44,259 bases of DNA. It comes from Eremomyces bilateralis CBS 781.70. Its lineage: Eukaryota. Below are positions 12,027 through 24,876 of this stretch, in pieces. The notes under the pieces are model-generated. The model worked only from the letters and a program-made list of their open reading frames with translations, made no database searches and was not told the origin of the DNA. Each line of letters begins with the position of its first letter. The stretch's first letter is position 1. The stretch lies in the NCBI GenBank assembly GCA_010015585.1, contig ML975179.1. One strand, written 5' to 3'. The translations under genes were made by a program, and so were the position numbers.

Positions 12027-13610
12027 TCAGTAGCCCTGCTGACGATGCCACTTCTCCTCCCAGTCCGGGAAATACGGCGCCTCATCTAACGTATTCGGCG
12101 TCCAATCCGGCGGGATCATTTCTTTCTCGATCTGTTCCTTCTCATACTTTTCCAGCGCAGGAATCACCACATGCTCCGTGTGCCACGTGCTCTTGTACTC
12201 CATGAGGCTGGGCTTACCCTCCCGCAAGACTTTCAGGACCAAACTCGGGATATATGCCTCGTCGCGAAATTCCGAGACGGGCGTGAAGAGAGCTTTGAAG
12301 TTGAAGATGATGGCACCCGATAGCGGCAGGCGCCGTAAAGTCTGCCAGTCCACGCGGAGGTTGCAGCGGTCGATGTTGAGCTCGGGACTTTGCGAATCGC
12401 GGTACTTCTCGTGGGGATCGCCGGGTGGCATATAGAGCGGTTCGTCGACCTCGAGGCCCCAGGAGCTGCGCTGGATGGACTTGTTGGATGGTTTCTTTGC
12501 GAAGTATCTTCGTATTTATGTCAGCGGCAAGTACTAACGCAACGATGGAACACCTACCTGTCCATTGAGAATTGCATCTTCTCCTTGTAGTCTGGAATAG
12601 GACCGTGGATCTCATCTAGCTTCATGCCCATCTTCGTCCCCAGGTTCCATCCAAGGGCGCTGCAGATGACGCCCGCTCGAAGGTGGTAGATGCCAGTCTC
12701 CGGGTTGCGAAGCATAATCGCAAAATCTTCTGGTATGTTGTTCATGATGACTTCTAAGGGATCAATCTTCCGGAGGTCCGATGTTGTGTTTAGTATGGCG
12801 TTATGCAGGGTCATTGTAGCCTTGTCCAGTCGGAAGTACTGCGGATACCGCGCGCAGAGGAATTGGACGACCATCTCCATCAGCTCTCGGCATGCAAGTT
12901 CAGAACCAGGGAGCGAGTCCAGCACGCATTTCCCGACCTTTTCATATATTCCTTGCCGTTGCTGGACTCGATCAGCGTATCCCTTCGCAAGTTCAAGCCA
13001 CCAGTCGGATTCCATCTTTGTCAATGCTAGAGCACAGGTCAACATACATCTCACAACCATGTCCCAGGTTCTTACACATGGTCTGGTGGTAACTCCATCT
13101 GAATGGCCGATATGGCCGTGACATAGCTGTGTCAATATCAAATTCATGATAGGGCTGTGGAAGAGGAACTCCGCTTAGCGCAGCGTAGTCAGGAAAGCCA
13201 CCCAGCGCCTCGATTTCCTCTTTAGAGAACTCCATGCACGTATAGTGGTTGGGACTCCACTGTGAGAAAGGGAGGTCCATGGGAGCCAAGGACGTTCGTG
13301 AGCCAGGACAAGTCGAGATAAACTCCACCAGAGTCCGATCTTTCAACAATGGGCAGTCGGGGCCCAGGTCGCTCACGGCGCACCTTCGAGACGGCGGGAA
13401 AGTATCTGCATACTCCGAGAGTCCCAAAGAACGACCTTCCTTCGTAGAAGGTGACAGCGATCGTGGAGGGGTCTTGGACTGTGATGACCGTCGGCGGCGA
13501 AAGCGGACTCGGTCTAATACTACGGCTCTGCTTGTCTTGTTGGTCGCCAATATAAATCCAGAGCCGAGAAAGAACAGTGCAACGAGAGCAGCATAAAGAA
13601 GCTCCGCCAT
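12027..13610 (-). CDS. DUF3445 / heme-dependent oxidative N-demethylase-like 'HRQ family' protein, 3 exons
   Basis: N-terminal TM helix, then RPYRPFRWSYHQTM, PEDFAIM, IHGPIP and LRVDWQTLRRLPLSGAIIF, with C-terminal WHRQQG. Introns 13075-13027 and 12557-12508 (AAG acceptor). Confidence 0.8.
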
Positions 13611-14689
13611 AATGAAATCCGGCGGTGTAGCACCAAAACTTAGACTTTGCAGGGTAGGTCAGAGGATGATGAAGTACAACAAGAGCCAATTGCAATGGAT
13701 ATCCGCATTAGAGATTTAGAGTCATATATAGCTAACTGGAATCCGGCTCGAGGCATCTTTTGAAACATTAATGTGCATTCTGACTCGCTATAGATATCCC
13801 TAAACATCAACTGAATGCCAGAGTGGAGACCTTGGGGCTCAGTTGCTTCTTCTGGTCACCCAAAGCCAGCAGGAGTTCATTGGGCCCAATTCCCCGTAAG
13901 CGCCTAGTCCGTCACGCGCGATCTGGGGTAAGCGCCGCTATCGTCCGTGGATAAGGGATGCTTGGAACTTAATCCAGACAGCACGAGGACACAAACTCTA
14001 ATCGTGCAATCGGTAGCTGAAATAAGAGGACGAAAAAAGGGATTCGACTCTCGAGGTTGCATAGGTATTCGATGAAAACAGGAAAAACACGAGAACAGAA
14101 TCGAACATGGTGTTCAACCTCATACTATTTGGAGGGATCGTCGAGGAGGGTAATGGCGGATTGGCTATCGGCCACCTCGATGTGCTACTATTGCTGCAGG
14201 TTTGCACGGTTCGAATGCTAGGCATGTCTCTCGCCATATCTGCAAGCCATGCAGCATGGAGCGGAGGTCAATATGGATCTGGATTGGGTTTAGCTGCTTT
14301 GCCATTTCTCTCCCAAATCGGCAGTAAAGTCCAGTCGCAGTGGGCGCGATAATTTTGGGTACAGCGCGATATGGATCTCCGTGAGTTGCTTGGAGGAAAT
14401 CTCGCCGCCAAGATTCATTAACGCCTCGAGATGCTTGATTCCGATGATCGATCATATCAGGCGCGGGGAATGTCGGTAATCTTGATCAGCTCATGATCGA
14501 ATTAGTTGCATGAGAGTGGAACTTGGAAGGTTGCTGTGGATGGTGGTTGAAGATAAGAGCCATGCACGTGATGCGGCTGATATCTACAATGAACGCCACG
14601 ATCGTACTGCGGGTTGATGTCCACCTCAGCATCACATCTTGAAATTTTCTATTGTTCGGAAATGAAAGAGGATTGAGACTCCAATCTCT

Positions 14690-15920
14690 GACCAGCTCAC
14701 GGGCCCGATATGTCTACATGTCCGTGTGACGTAGTGTATGATCGAAATGATGAAGCCACAAACAAACATGACGGTGGACTAGTTGAACGTCTCTCGTGTG
14801 ACATCCTTGCTTCCCGGCCAGCTGGTCCAGAGCAAAATAAAGATCCTATAAAAGGAATACAATCCCGCTCACAAGGGACCCGAAGCGTCCCAGGTGCCAT
14901 CTTGCCGGAAAGACTTTGCCACCGCCAATTGTTCGCTGTACAACAACGTCCCGATGGAAGTGCAATACATCGCCATCAATGTCATTGATTGGAGAGAGAT
15001 GGTGGCATTGAATGTTACTCTCACCTCGATGTTGATTAAGGATAGAAGACAAGCGATTGCACAAGTGAGGAGCACAGCATTACGGCGCACTGTTTCACTT
15101 TTTTCCCCTGAGTCGTCTTTTAGCACATGCCCATTGCGTGTAACCATCTTTTAAACATACCTTTTTGAATTCCGCCCAGATGGCGTTGGAAGGTAGGCCG
15201 CCGTCTCTTGCAAACGCAAAAGTCTGTCAGGATGTGTATGCGCTGGAGTCAATAGAGCCAGGGAGGGTAAAATAGGGAAGGAGTACAAATCGCGGAATCG
15301 CGCCTTTGTCCGCAGCCTAGATGGAAACATACACGAAGGCAAGGCCGGAAAGGTTAGTCTTAGGGCGCAGAAATCGTCAATGCTTACTAGTGAGAACAGA
15401 TATGTGATCAGAATGATAATCTGATGGTCCCATCGAGGAAATAAACAGACGTGATCTGGCCAGCCATCAAACCGAGCCCAATAGGTTGCCATCCGCCGTT
15501 CGAAGTCAAATCAACGAACAAACACAGCTCGAGTAGGGGCACAAGGTGCCAGAGCCCCGAGAACTTCGACCAGGGGAATCTAACCCAGCGTATGAGGAAC
15601 CATCATCACTACTGGCCATTTTGTGAGCTGCAAGTCTCGCATGCGAAGTTCAAATTACTCACTTTGCAGCATCGGTAGCTGGTTGGCCAGGAAAATTTTG
15701 ACCATTCCCTCATTTTCTGCCATGGCGAATACGCTCAGGGTACCATGCCACCTGCTCTGGTATGTACGACAGCTGATACGCCGCAAGAATACCCTGAACG
15801 GCTATTCCTTGCGCGATACATGTTGCCAATATCTACCTCAGCGGACGAGGTATCCTTTCCATTGTCCAGCATCGTGGTATTTGGTGTATTTTTCTCATCC
15901 ATATAGCTGGGAGATCTCAC
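14690..15920 (-). pseudogene. Decayed APC-family amino-acid/choline/GABA permease
   Basis: Recognisable fragments lie in different frames: FVDLTSNGGWQPIGLGLMAGQITSVYFL (~15520-15435), AIACLLSLINI..FNATISLQ..LMAMYCTSIG, PARWHLGRFG and WPGSKDVTRETFN*STVMF. The TAG at 14781-14779 sits where W is expected. The span is too short for 12 TMs. Confidence 0.75.
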
Positions 15921-17005
15921 TCAACGTATTGCACGCTTGAAGCACGAGAAAGAAAGGAGCAAGGAAAGAGGACTCGGAGAAATTTTGCTGCGACTTGTTC
16001 AAACAATAAAATCATCCCAGCAATTGCAATATTAAGCAACGAATCTTCGGTCATAGATTCCGTCGTTACTCCACAAGCGAATAAATTGTTCGGGAAGTCG
16101 TGAATTTACTCATCTGGATGCATGAAGAGTGATGTCGTACTACCCACGCCTCGTGCAACGATTAACCAACTTTTTTATGACTAGGCCTGTGGACTCGGTA
16201 GCTAGGTCCTCAACCAAGTCGGAGATGTACATCGATCTTTCATGCCAGAAGTTGATTGGGCCCAGAGTGGTCCCTCATCATCCTGTACGGTTCGTGATTT
16301 TACCAGGTCGCTCATTGTTCGAACTTCCAACCCTACGATGCCACAAAGTGGCTTGCGTGGGTTGTTCGGGACCGAATGATAAGAGGCTAGACCAGGAGAC
16401 TGCAAAGCAAGAGATATGAAACGAACTGGACCATAGTCAGGGGCATGCGACTAGTCAGGTATTGTTTGGAAATACGGATAGATGGATCATTCTTGAATCC
16501 ACTTCTTCAGTGGTACGGAAGGGAAATGCCAAGACCTCCAGGATGGGCACTACTGGTAGGCAATGGCAGCCAGAATTCTCAAGAAAATACCCGTCCATAT
16601 ACCAATGAAAGCAGTAACTAAGGAAGGAGATTCTTCTTGAAATGTTTTGAGGCGTTAAGGTAATTACTTGGGAGGTTGAGCTGAGCTGCTGAGTAAAACT
16701 GAGATGAACTGATGATGACTAATAGGATTGGATATTGTTGGTGCCTTAAGCACAAAAGGCGCCAAGGCAGACAGCATCTTCAGTTGCTGATGCAGTGACG
16801 ACTGACGACAGGTCTTGGGGTGAAAGCCAGTGATATCCCCTGCTGTCCGGCTGTCACATGCTATTCAGATATTGATCACGACGACGAACATGAAGCGTCT
16901 ATTATTCCACTTCTCTTCTTTCTATAGCCACTTGTTCAGCCTATCCCATGTTCTCCAATCCCTCAAATCCTAGGCCAGTGCTTTGTGGTGTGTAGCAACG
17001 CCAGC

Positions 17006-19248
17006 ATGGCGGTCCAATCCAAGGTCCATTCTTCCGCCGCCAAATCCGAACGAGCGTTCTCCAGGATTGCACAAGCGTTGGGCAATAAATACCTCAAGAA
17101 CCGGACTCGAATATCGCGGACTGTATTCCTTACTCTCTTCATCGCGCTCACATATCGTATTCGAAATGCCATATCGGAGCAGAAGGCCGCGTCGACGCGC
17201 CCAGCCGAGGGTTCCTTGAGCGCGGGAACCGGCGCTGGGGCGGGTGAAGCCACGCAGCGGAAGCGCGTGGAAATAAACCTCGAGTTCTTTAAGAACTTGT
17301 TGCGATTGTTGAAGATAGTGATACCCGGTTGGAAGAGCAAGGAGTTGCGGTTGTTGATCAGTCACAGTATCTTCCTGGTGCTTCGGACACTGCTGAGCTT
17401 ATATGTGGCTGAGTTGGATGGGAAGATTGTTAGCAGTATTGTTCGGGGGAAGGGGAAGGAGTTCTTGAAGGGACTGGTTTGGTGGATGGTGGTTTCGGTT
17501 CCTTCGACGTTTACAAATGCCATGGTATGAGCAATGCTGTCCTCCGCATCCCAAGGCTCAGCCCGTACTAACTTTCGACACAGCTCTCCTACCACCAGTG
17601 CAAGCTATCCCTCCAATACCGAACCCGCCTCACGAACTACATTCATAATAAATACCTCTCGAATATGACCTTCTACTCCCTCTCTGCGCTCGATGACCGA
17701 ATCAAGAACGCCGATCAACTCATAACCGTGGATGTGACGAAGTTCTCAAACAGTCTCGCGGAGCTGTACTCGAATCTTGCCAAACCGGTTCTTGACATGG
17801 TCATATACAACTACTCCTTGTCGAAGTCGGTCGGCGGCGAAGGCCTGTTTTCCATGTCTCTAATAGTCCAGCTAACAGCGAACCTCATGCGAACACTTAC
17901 TCCGCCCTTTGGGAAGTACGTTGCCGAAGAGGCACGGCTCGAAGGCGAATTCCGATTCCAACACTCAAGATTAATAGACTACAGCGAGGAGATCGCGTTG
18001 TATCATGGCCAGGAGGCGGAAAAGGATACATTGGACAAGGGCTATTTCACATTGATCAAGCACGTCAATCGGATATTACGGCGCCGGTTCTACCACGGAT
18101 TTATGGAAGACTTTGTCATTAAGTACTTCTGGGGCGCGATGGGTCTAATGCTTTGCAGCGTTCCTGTCTTTTTCCAGGTCCCCGGCGTCACGGGTACCAC
18201 ACTCGGTGACAGGACAGAGAATTTCGTGACGAACAGGCGCATGCTGTTGTCTTCTTCGGACGCATTTGGACGGTTAATGTTCTCATACAAGGAAATCACG
18301 GAGCTGGCGGGATTCACTTCACGCGTCTCAACATTGCTTGATGTCATCGAAGACATTCAACGAGGTCATTTCGAGAAGAAGCTCGTCTCTTCGGCGAGCA
18401 CAGAGGAACACGCTGCCGTATTGAGGGAAAGAGGCGAGGTTGCCGAAGGTCCCGACATCGAATTCATTGACGTACCCATCGTCTCACCAAACGGCGATGT
18501 CTTGGTGCCAGCACTCAGCTTTACTGTCACGCCCGGCGAGCATTTGCTCATTGTCGGACCAAACGGCTGTGGCAAGTCCTCGCTGTTCCGCATCCTGGGT
18601 GGGCTCTGGCCAGTATATGGCGGCAAAGTCCGGAAACCTCCGTTCGAAGACATCTTCTACATCCCGCAGCGGCCATACCTTTCGCGAGGCACTCTCCGGC
18701 AACAGGTCATCTACCCGGACGGCGTCCGCGAAATGCGTACCAAGGGCATCACTGATGCCGATCTCTATCGCATCCTATCGATTGTGGAAATCGAATCCGT
18801 CGTCGATCGCCAAGGCGGTTGGGACGCCGAGCAAGAATGGGCGGATGTCCTTTCCGGCGGCCTCCAGCAGCGGATTGCCATGGCGCGGTTATTCTACCAC
18901 GCGCCGAAGTACGCGATCCTGGACGAATGCACGAGCAGCGTCACGCTGGAGATCGAGAAGGTCATGTACGAGACTGCGAAGTCGCTCGGCATCACGTTGA
19001 TGACGGTCAGCCATCGACGAAGCCTGTGGCAGTACCATACGAATATTTTGCAGTTCGATGGACAGGGTCATTTCATTTTCACCAAACTGGATGCGGAGAG
19101 GCGGCTAAAACTGGAAGATGAGAAGGAGGAGCTGGATTTGCAGCTGCGGGCTGTTCCAGGTAAGATCGCTAAGGTTTCGTGTAGAGCGTCATCGCTAATT
19201 CGGACGATAGAAATCGAGAAACGCATCCAAGAACTGTCCTATGTTTAG
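17006..19248 (+). CDS. PXA2: Peroxisomal ABCD half-transporter (long-chain acyl-CoA import), 3 exons
   Basis: EAA-like region [28 protein letters not shown], Walker [16 protein letters not shown], signature LSGGLQQR and Walker B ILDECTS. Introns 17525-17583 and 19160-19210. The PXA2 (rather than PXA1) call rests on the LSGGLQQR variant and short N-terminus. Confidence 0.88.
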
Positions 19249-19579
19249 GCCAATAGAAAGGCTTTGTAGCCTCCGAGCTCGTTTGAAGGATAGCGGTGCC
19301 TCCCAAGAGGCATTTGGTTCCTTCGACATTCTCAGCGCTGCGCAAAGTTGCACTGGCAGAGGGAGTATGGTCTCAACCACTCTCCCAGGTGCGACATTTA
19401 CGGCATATCCATGACGTTCAAGTAGAACAGCGCGAGCAGCGTCTGATAAACCGGCCACGATAACACTGTCCGGGGTTGGGGGTGTGCATGAGCACAATAG
19501 ACCGGCGGATCTGTTCCTGCTTCTCCTGCAATTGAGAGGTACTCGACGCGGTGTATAGTATCTTCGAGGCTATTATGTC

Positions 19580-20599
19580 CTAGCTTTTCTTGTCTCTTAG
19601 AGCAGACCACATAGAATCGACAATCTGAAATACCGACGTCACAGACTTCAAGGTGCTTGCATGAATCCGAGATCCCATCCTTTGCTGCACCTTATCTGGA
19701 TGCCATCTGACCCGCTCGGTCTTCAGCAGCGCTAGTAGACCGCTCCCTTCCGGCGGTGCTCGGCGAAAGAACTCTTCCACCATCTCTTTCGAAACGTCGT
19801 GTCGTCTTCCGCTCTCGATCGGCCATGGTAACTCGATTGGTTTAGCGTCTGTCCCAGACGCTGACGCCGCCGTCTTGGCCTCCTCTGCAACGCGCTCCCA
19901 CGCCTGAACATATTCTTCCCACCGCCCCTTCCACCTCTTCCTCGACCTCCTCTCCTCTCCCCTCCTCAAACTCTCCTCCACCCGCCTCTTAAACTCTTCG
20001 TGCTCCTCGTGCTCCTCCTCCATCCTCCTCCTACCTTTCTCCCGCTCCCGTCTCTCACTCTTCTGCTTCTCCCGCTTCTCCCTCTCCTCAACCACATGCT
20101 GGTGCGACTTCTCCCACATCTTCCCCCGCACGTACGACGCGTACTCCTCGTCCGTCATTTGCTCCAGCTCGCCCTGCGGCCCTTCGTAGGTATTCGGGTA
20201 GACGTGCATGGGTTGTCCGTATACACCCTCCCAGTACTGCGCGCCTTCATCATCGGCGAGTGCGTCGAATAGCGATTCTCGAAATGCGGTGTCATGGTCC
20301 ATGTATTGGTCGCTGCGCGCGTTCGGGAGGTAGGTATCGTCATAAGTGGAGGGGTCATCGTGGAGCGGTGAGTGATATGTATATCTGGAGGCGGGGGATT
20401 TGCTGCGGCGATGTCGCCAGGATGAGGTATGGTGCCAGCCTTCATCGTCGGATCGCCGCCGTTTACGATTGCGCCGGGAACTATGCGCATCGTCGGACTC
20501 TTCGCGGTCGCGCTTCCGTTTGGATTTGAATCGGAATTTGGAGGGGTTAGGCGCGGTGGTCTCGTCGTCCGTGAGGACTTTGGCTTCCACTTCAGCCAT
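19580..20599 (-). CDS. Conserved fungal protein with NFKBIL1-like C-terminus
   Basis: Intronless 339-aa ORF with AFRESLFDALADDEGAQYWEGVYGQP, an R/E coiled coil, LPWP and LKTERVRWHPDK. Confidence 0.75.
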   Translation of the reverse strand: MAEVEAKVLTDDETTAPNPSKFRFKSKRKRDREESDDAHSSRRNRKRRRSDDEGWHHTSSWRHRRSKSPASRYTYHSPLHDDPSTYDDTYLPNARSDQYMDHDTAFRESLFDALADDEGAQYWEGVYGQPMHVYPNTYEGPQGELEQMTDEEYASYVRGKMWEKSHQHVVEEREKREKQKSERREREKGRRRMEEEHEEHEEFKRRVEESLRRGEERRSRKRWKGRWEEYVQAWERVAEEAKTAASASGTDAKPIELPWPIESGRRHDVSKEMVEEFFRRAPPEGSGLLALLKTERVRWHPDKVQQRMGSRIHASTLKSVTSVFQIVDSMWSALRDKKS

Positions 20600-21019
20600 G
20601 GTTTGATTTGTATTTCATAGCGGCTTGTAGCTTGCCAGCTGGTATTTGAATCGCTGAACCAAAAGTTTCGGAAACATGGAAGAGTGGTTGAATGCAACTG
20701 GATCGCAACCGGGATGCCTTGGATGTGTTGGCCGGGGGTTCAGCCCTATCGGATAAGCTGTGGATAAACTACGGTAAAGAATCTGGAGGTGGCTAATGCG
20801 CCACTGGTTGCATGCACCGCCACAATATGCAAATATGACCAATCATATCGAGGATGAATGTACGTTCGCAACATCCAGAGGCCGTGGACGAGCTCTCTTA
20901 ACCTTGACCCGATCAATTGCTTTAACTCTCCCGTAATTTGAACATAAACGGAACTTCGTACCCCTAAAGACCTCGAATCCGGCATATTCGAGCTCCAGCG
21001 GCTCGGATTTCGAACGATC

Positions 21020-21466
21020 ATGGCCACGAAGTATGCATTCGCGCAGACGCTGAAGGAGCTCAGATTTCACCTTTGCCAGACATCCGAAGCCAGCGCAGCT
21101 GCCAGGTACGATCGTTGAGGCATTTCCATTGTAGACAGATGAGCTAAGAGTGCGGCAGGTCCTTCCTCGTCCGATCATATCCCACGATGAAGAAGCACAA
21201 CCCTCACACTCCGATCATGATCCGGGAAGCGTCCGGCGTCGAACCAAAAGTGTGGGCAAGATACGGTATGGATCAAGTCGCAAGCGTACTGGGATGATAC
21301 TGATAAGATATATTCTACAGAATTTGGAAAGGAGAAGGTGGTGCCTCTGAACGGTATGCTTTCCTCACCTATACTATTAGAGGTCTAAAGCTAATAGCAT
21401 GATGTAGGCATGGATGACAAGACGATCGAAAAAACGATTACCGAACTTGTGAAGGCCTCAATATAG
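21020..21466 (+). CDS. NDUFA2: NADH:ubiquinone oxidoreductase 10.5 kDa (B8/NDUFA2) subunit, 4 exons, 94 aa
   Basis: Not in the ORF track. Exons 21020-21105, 21159-21265, 21321-21353 and 21408-21466 with GT..AG introns give MATKYAFAQTLKELRFHLCQTSEASAAARSFLVRSYPTMKKHNPHTPIMIREASGVEPKVWARYEFGKEKVVPLNGMDDKTIEKTITELVKASI*. Confidence 0.93.
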
Positions 21467-22124
21467 TGTCTACTGGGCATGGGAATAGAACCTTGGATGG
21501 AAGGGTACGTTGAGGGCGGGACCGTTCCTAGTAGAGTGCTGGTTGCAAGTTTCAGGGCATTGTCATTTCACAATGAGTTGCCACTCCTATCAAGATGAAC
21601 TAGGCAAGGCAGGTGTATATACTGTATCATATTGGAGGCCATTGCCTCGACAGAGACGGTCAATCACTTCCATGTCGAACAGCTTGGCATGAGAGTATAT
21701 TGCATGGTGTGCTCTGCGGACAACGCACTCCATCAACCTCCGCAATTCAATAAAGAAAATTTATTTCAAAATGCACACGGCCGATAAAGCTTGCACCCAG
21801 TAGATCAGATTTATGAATCCTTTGTGTGTGGCCTTAGTATTGGTGGTGAGCGTCTGGTTTTCCAAAAATGTATTAGATACGCAAATATCCAGTCTCTCGA
21901 AAAGACATGTCTACGACCCAGCTCCAACAACATCAAACGTGTCTCTTACAACAACGACAAATCTATAGCGATGATGCACACTCTAACACACCGAAAGGAC
22001 CGCTTTGATATATGTGTTACCTAATTATTTAAAAGATGGACCTGCCACCCAAGCCATCTCCATATCTCGAAATACAACACCGCCACGTTTTCCGGACCGC
22101 GCATCAGCAGAGTACACGCTCACC

Positions 22125-24245
22125 ATGACTCCTCCCAGCTTCCTCTCGGAGGCCTTTGGCTCCCTTTTATATGCTTTAGCTGATATGCAGCCTCTAATTT
22201 TGGTCTATTTGCATCTCATCATCTCAGCTCTGCTCCCAATCTACGCAGCCTCGCACGCATCGCTGAGCCGCCCGTCCTCCGCGCAACTGCCGGAGAAAGG
22301 CAAGCAAACAAAGGGAGACGAGGTCGACGATGAAGAGGAAGAGGAGGATCTCAAGGTCCACGTGATGGAAGGCCTCCACCCGTCCGACGCGGTGATGTTT
22401 CCGATCCTCGCCGGAATTACCTTGACTTTTCTATATGTCTTGATCAAGTGGGAGACCAAATGGTTGAACACGATCCTGAACGTGTACTTCGGGGTTTTAG
22501 CTCTTCCCGCAACTACGCAACTTCTCAGCGATGTCCTACTGGCTTTCACTCGATTTCTATTCCCTCGCAAGTACACCTATGGGAATCGGCTATTTGTGGT
22601 GCTCCAAGAGTTCGAGGAAGCCCGGGCGGTGGGAAAGGATGGGCAAACCAATTCGAACAGGTCTTCCCCCTTACCGGGATCTCTCTCGAAACTGCCATTC
22701 GGAGACGGCTTGACCAATATCCTTTGGAATATTCGAGGCTTTCTGACTATGAAACTTACTCTCCGGATCAAGGTCGGGCGTCTCCTATCATTGAAGACTC
22801 GCTTTGGAGTCCAAGAGCTCATTTCGGCCTTCGTCACGGTCATGGTCATCCTGTACTACAACTTCGTAGCCAAGCCTTGGTGGATGACCAACTTGATGGG
22901 GTTCGCGTACTCCTATTCAGCGCTAAGAATCATGTCCCCGTCTACCTTCGCCACGGGCACCCTGATGCTGGTCGGGCTTTTCTTTTACGACATCTATATG
23001 GTGTTCTTCACGTGAGTCGCCCTGATTATCTGGTTCCCCTGCTTTTCTAACGCTCATAGCCCGATGATGATTGCAGTGGCAAAGGCCTTGGACGCTCCCA
23101 TCAAACTCATGTTCCCCCGTCCACCCCCTCCGTCCGCGGGACCAGGACAGACATTCTACTCTATGCTCGGGCTTGGTGATATCGTCCTTCCCGGGATCTT
23201 CGTCGGACTCGCCCTGCGCTTCGATCTGTACATGTACTACCTCCGCAAGCAGACGAAGGCAGCTACCTCAGCGAAACACTCCCATGATGAGGCTTCGGGG
23301 GACCGAAAGTCCTCCGAAGATGCCACGACCGAGGAGCCCCAGGTCTCCGAAGTCCTCTTTAAAGCCAAATATCGCGCCCCAACGAACCTCTTCGAACGTT
23401 TCTGGCTTACTTCCTGGTTTGAAATCCTCGCTCCGACCTTTGCCCGAATCAGTCCTTTTGTCGAGACATTTCCGAAACCGTACTTCCATGCCTCGCTGGT
23501 TGGGTACATCCTCGGCCTGTTGGCGACCCTCCTCTCCATGCACCTGATGCAGCATGGCCAACCAGCGCTTCTCTACCTCGTCCCTGGCGTCCTACTCGCC
23601 TGCTGGGGTTTGGCTATCGTCCGTGGTGAATTGTCGACCTTTTACAACTTCTCGGAACACGAGGAACCCGAACCGCCCTCTAGCACCACAAAAGCGGCGG
23701 CGACGAAGAGGCCTGCGGCTGCGTCGGTCGAGGAACTAGAAGTTGGTGAGAGGGACAAATCAGCCGCGGCTAGTGCATCGGAGCAGAAGCCCTTTCTGCT
23801 GAAAGAATCCGAGCCCGAATCTGCTGAAAGCAACCCATCCGACACCGATCCCACCGATCCCACTCGGTCTCACGCACAACAGCACCAGGATATCCCTCAC
23901 AGCGACACGACTGAAGAGACGCCCAAGACCATCAAGTCCGTCCGCTTCGAACTCCCCGAACACCGACCCCGCTCGCCCGGCAACTTCGAAGCGCGGAAGG
24001 ATCGAGATGACGAATCGTCTTCTGTGGAAGCAGTGCTCTTCTTGTTCTCCATCACGATGTCAACCCGTGGGAGGAAGGCCAGGGCGGAGGTTACTGACAA
24101 GGCGGTGCCGACTGATACTGGCGCGGCGACTGGGTCTGTGAGGAGAAATGGGGCGGCCGTGGCTACGGCAGTCGATGCCAGTAAGGGATGGGGGAACATA
24201 AGAGCTCCTGGGTATACTAAGGCGAAACGTATAAGACTGGATTAG
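22125..24245 (+). CDS. Signal peptide peptidase (A22B intramembrane aspartyl protease), 2 exons
   Basis: Catalytic FFYDIYMVF (YD), LGLGD (GxGD) and QPALLYLVP (PAL). Intron 23012-23059. Start taken at CACCATG (22125). Confidence 0.92.
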
Positions 24246-24876
24246 GTTTGCCTCGACCTCAGGTATGCCGTATTGGTGTGCACAACGCATGGTACTGGCA
24301 GTATGGCTCTCTCGGAGCGTTATGGAAAGCATTGCATGGCGCGGATTACTCGGTATAGCTGTGGCTTGCATTATCTTGTAATATTAGACATAAACCTCAA
24401 ATGGGAGCTATCCTCGCTTCTTCGTAGGAATCCAAGGATTGCATGACGGTATACACGGACTGGCATATTCCTCTAGTATTCCATAGGTCGAATTAAGACC
24501 GGCCTGCAGTACGGTAATATCAATTGAGTCAACGGGAAAGAAACAAGCTTCAATCGCTGGCCTAGTCGGTCACACAATATAGAGTGATGGGTGTGAGTGC
24601 AAGTATTTCACCAAGATTCACTCCAATTTGGCTCTCTCAAACTACTAGTACAAAGTTACGAGATCTCTCAGGTTTGGTATATGCATTACTCCGTTCCCAT
24701 CCCCATCAATCATCAGATCTTTTATCGATTCATGGCCAGCATTCCTCGTTTCATTACTTTTTGTCACGCTGCGTTGAACAGCCGAAGCCCCAAACCTCAA
24801 TCAAGCCAATCTGCTCCAACCCCTTCAAATGCCCCATCTCGGCTGTTGAAAGAAAGTTGAAGGAGAAGAAGGCCTC

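Noticed and set aside
19160..19210. PXA2 ORF reading through [17 protein letters not shown] as protein
   Set aside because: Better explained as an in-frame 51-nt intron (GTAAGA...GCTAAT...TAG).
6852..19248. Lipid or secondary-metabolite cluster (MBOAT, BVMO, DUF3445, PXA2)
   Set aside because: No core synthase or cluster regulator, and no shared promoter motif seen. Adjacency may be chance.
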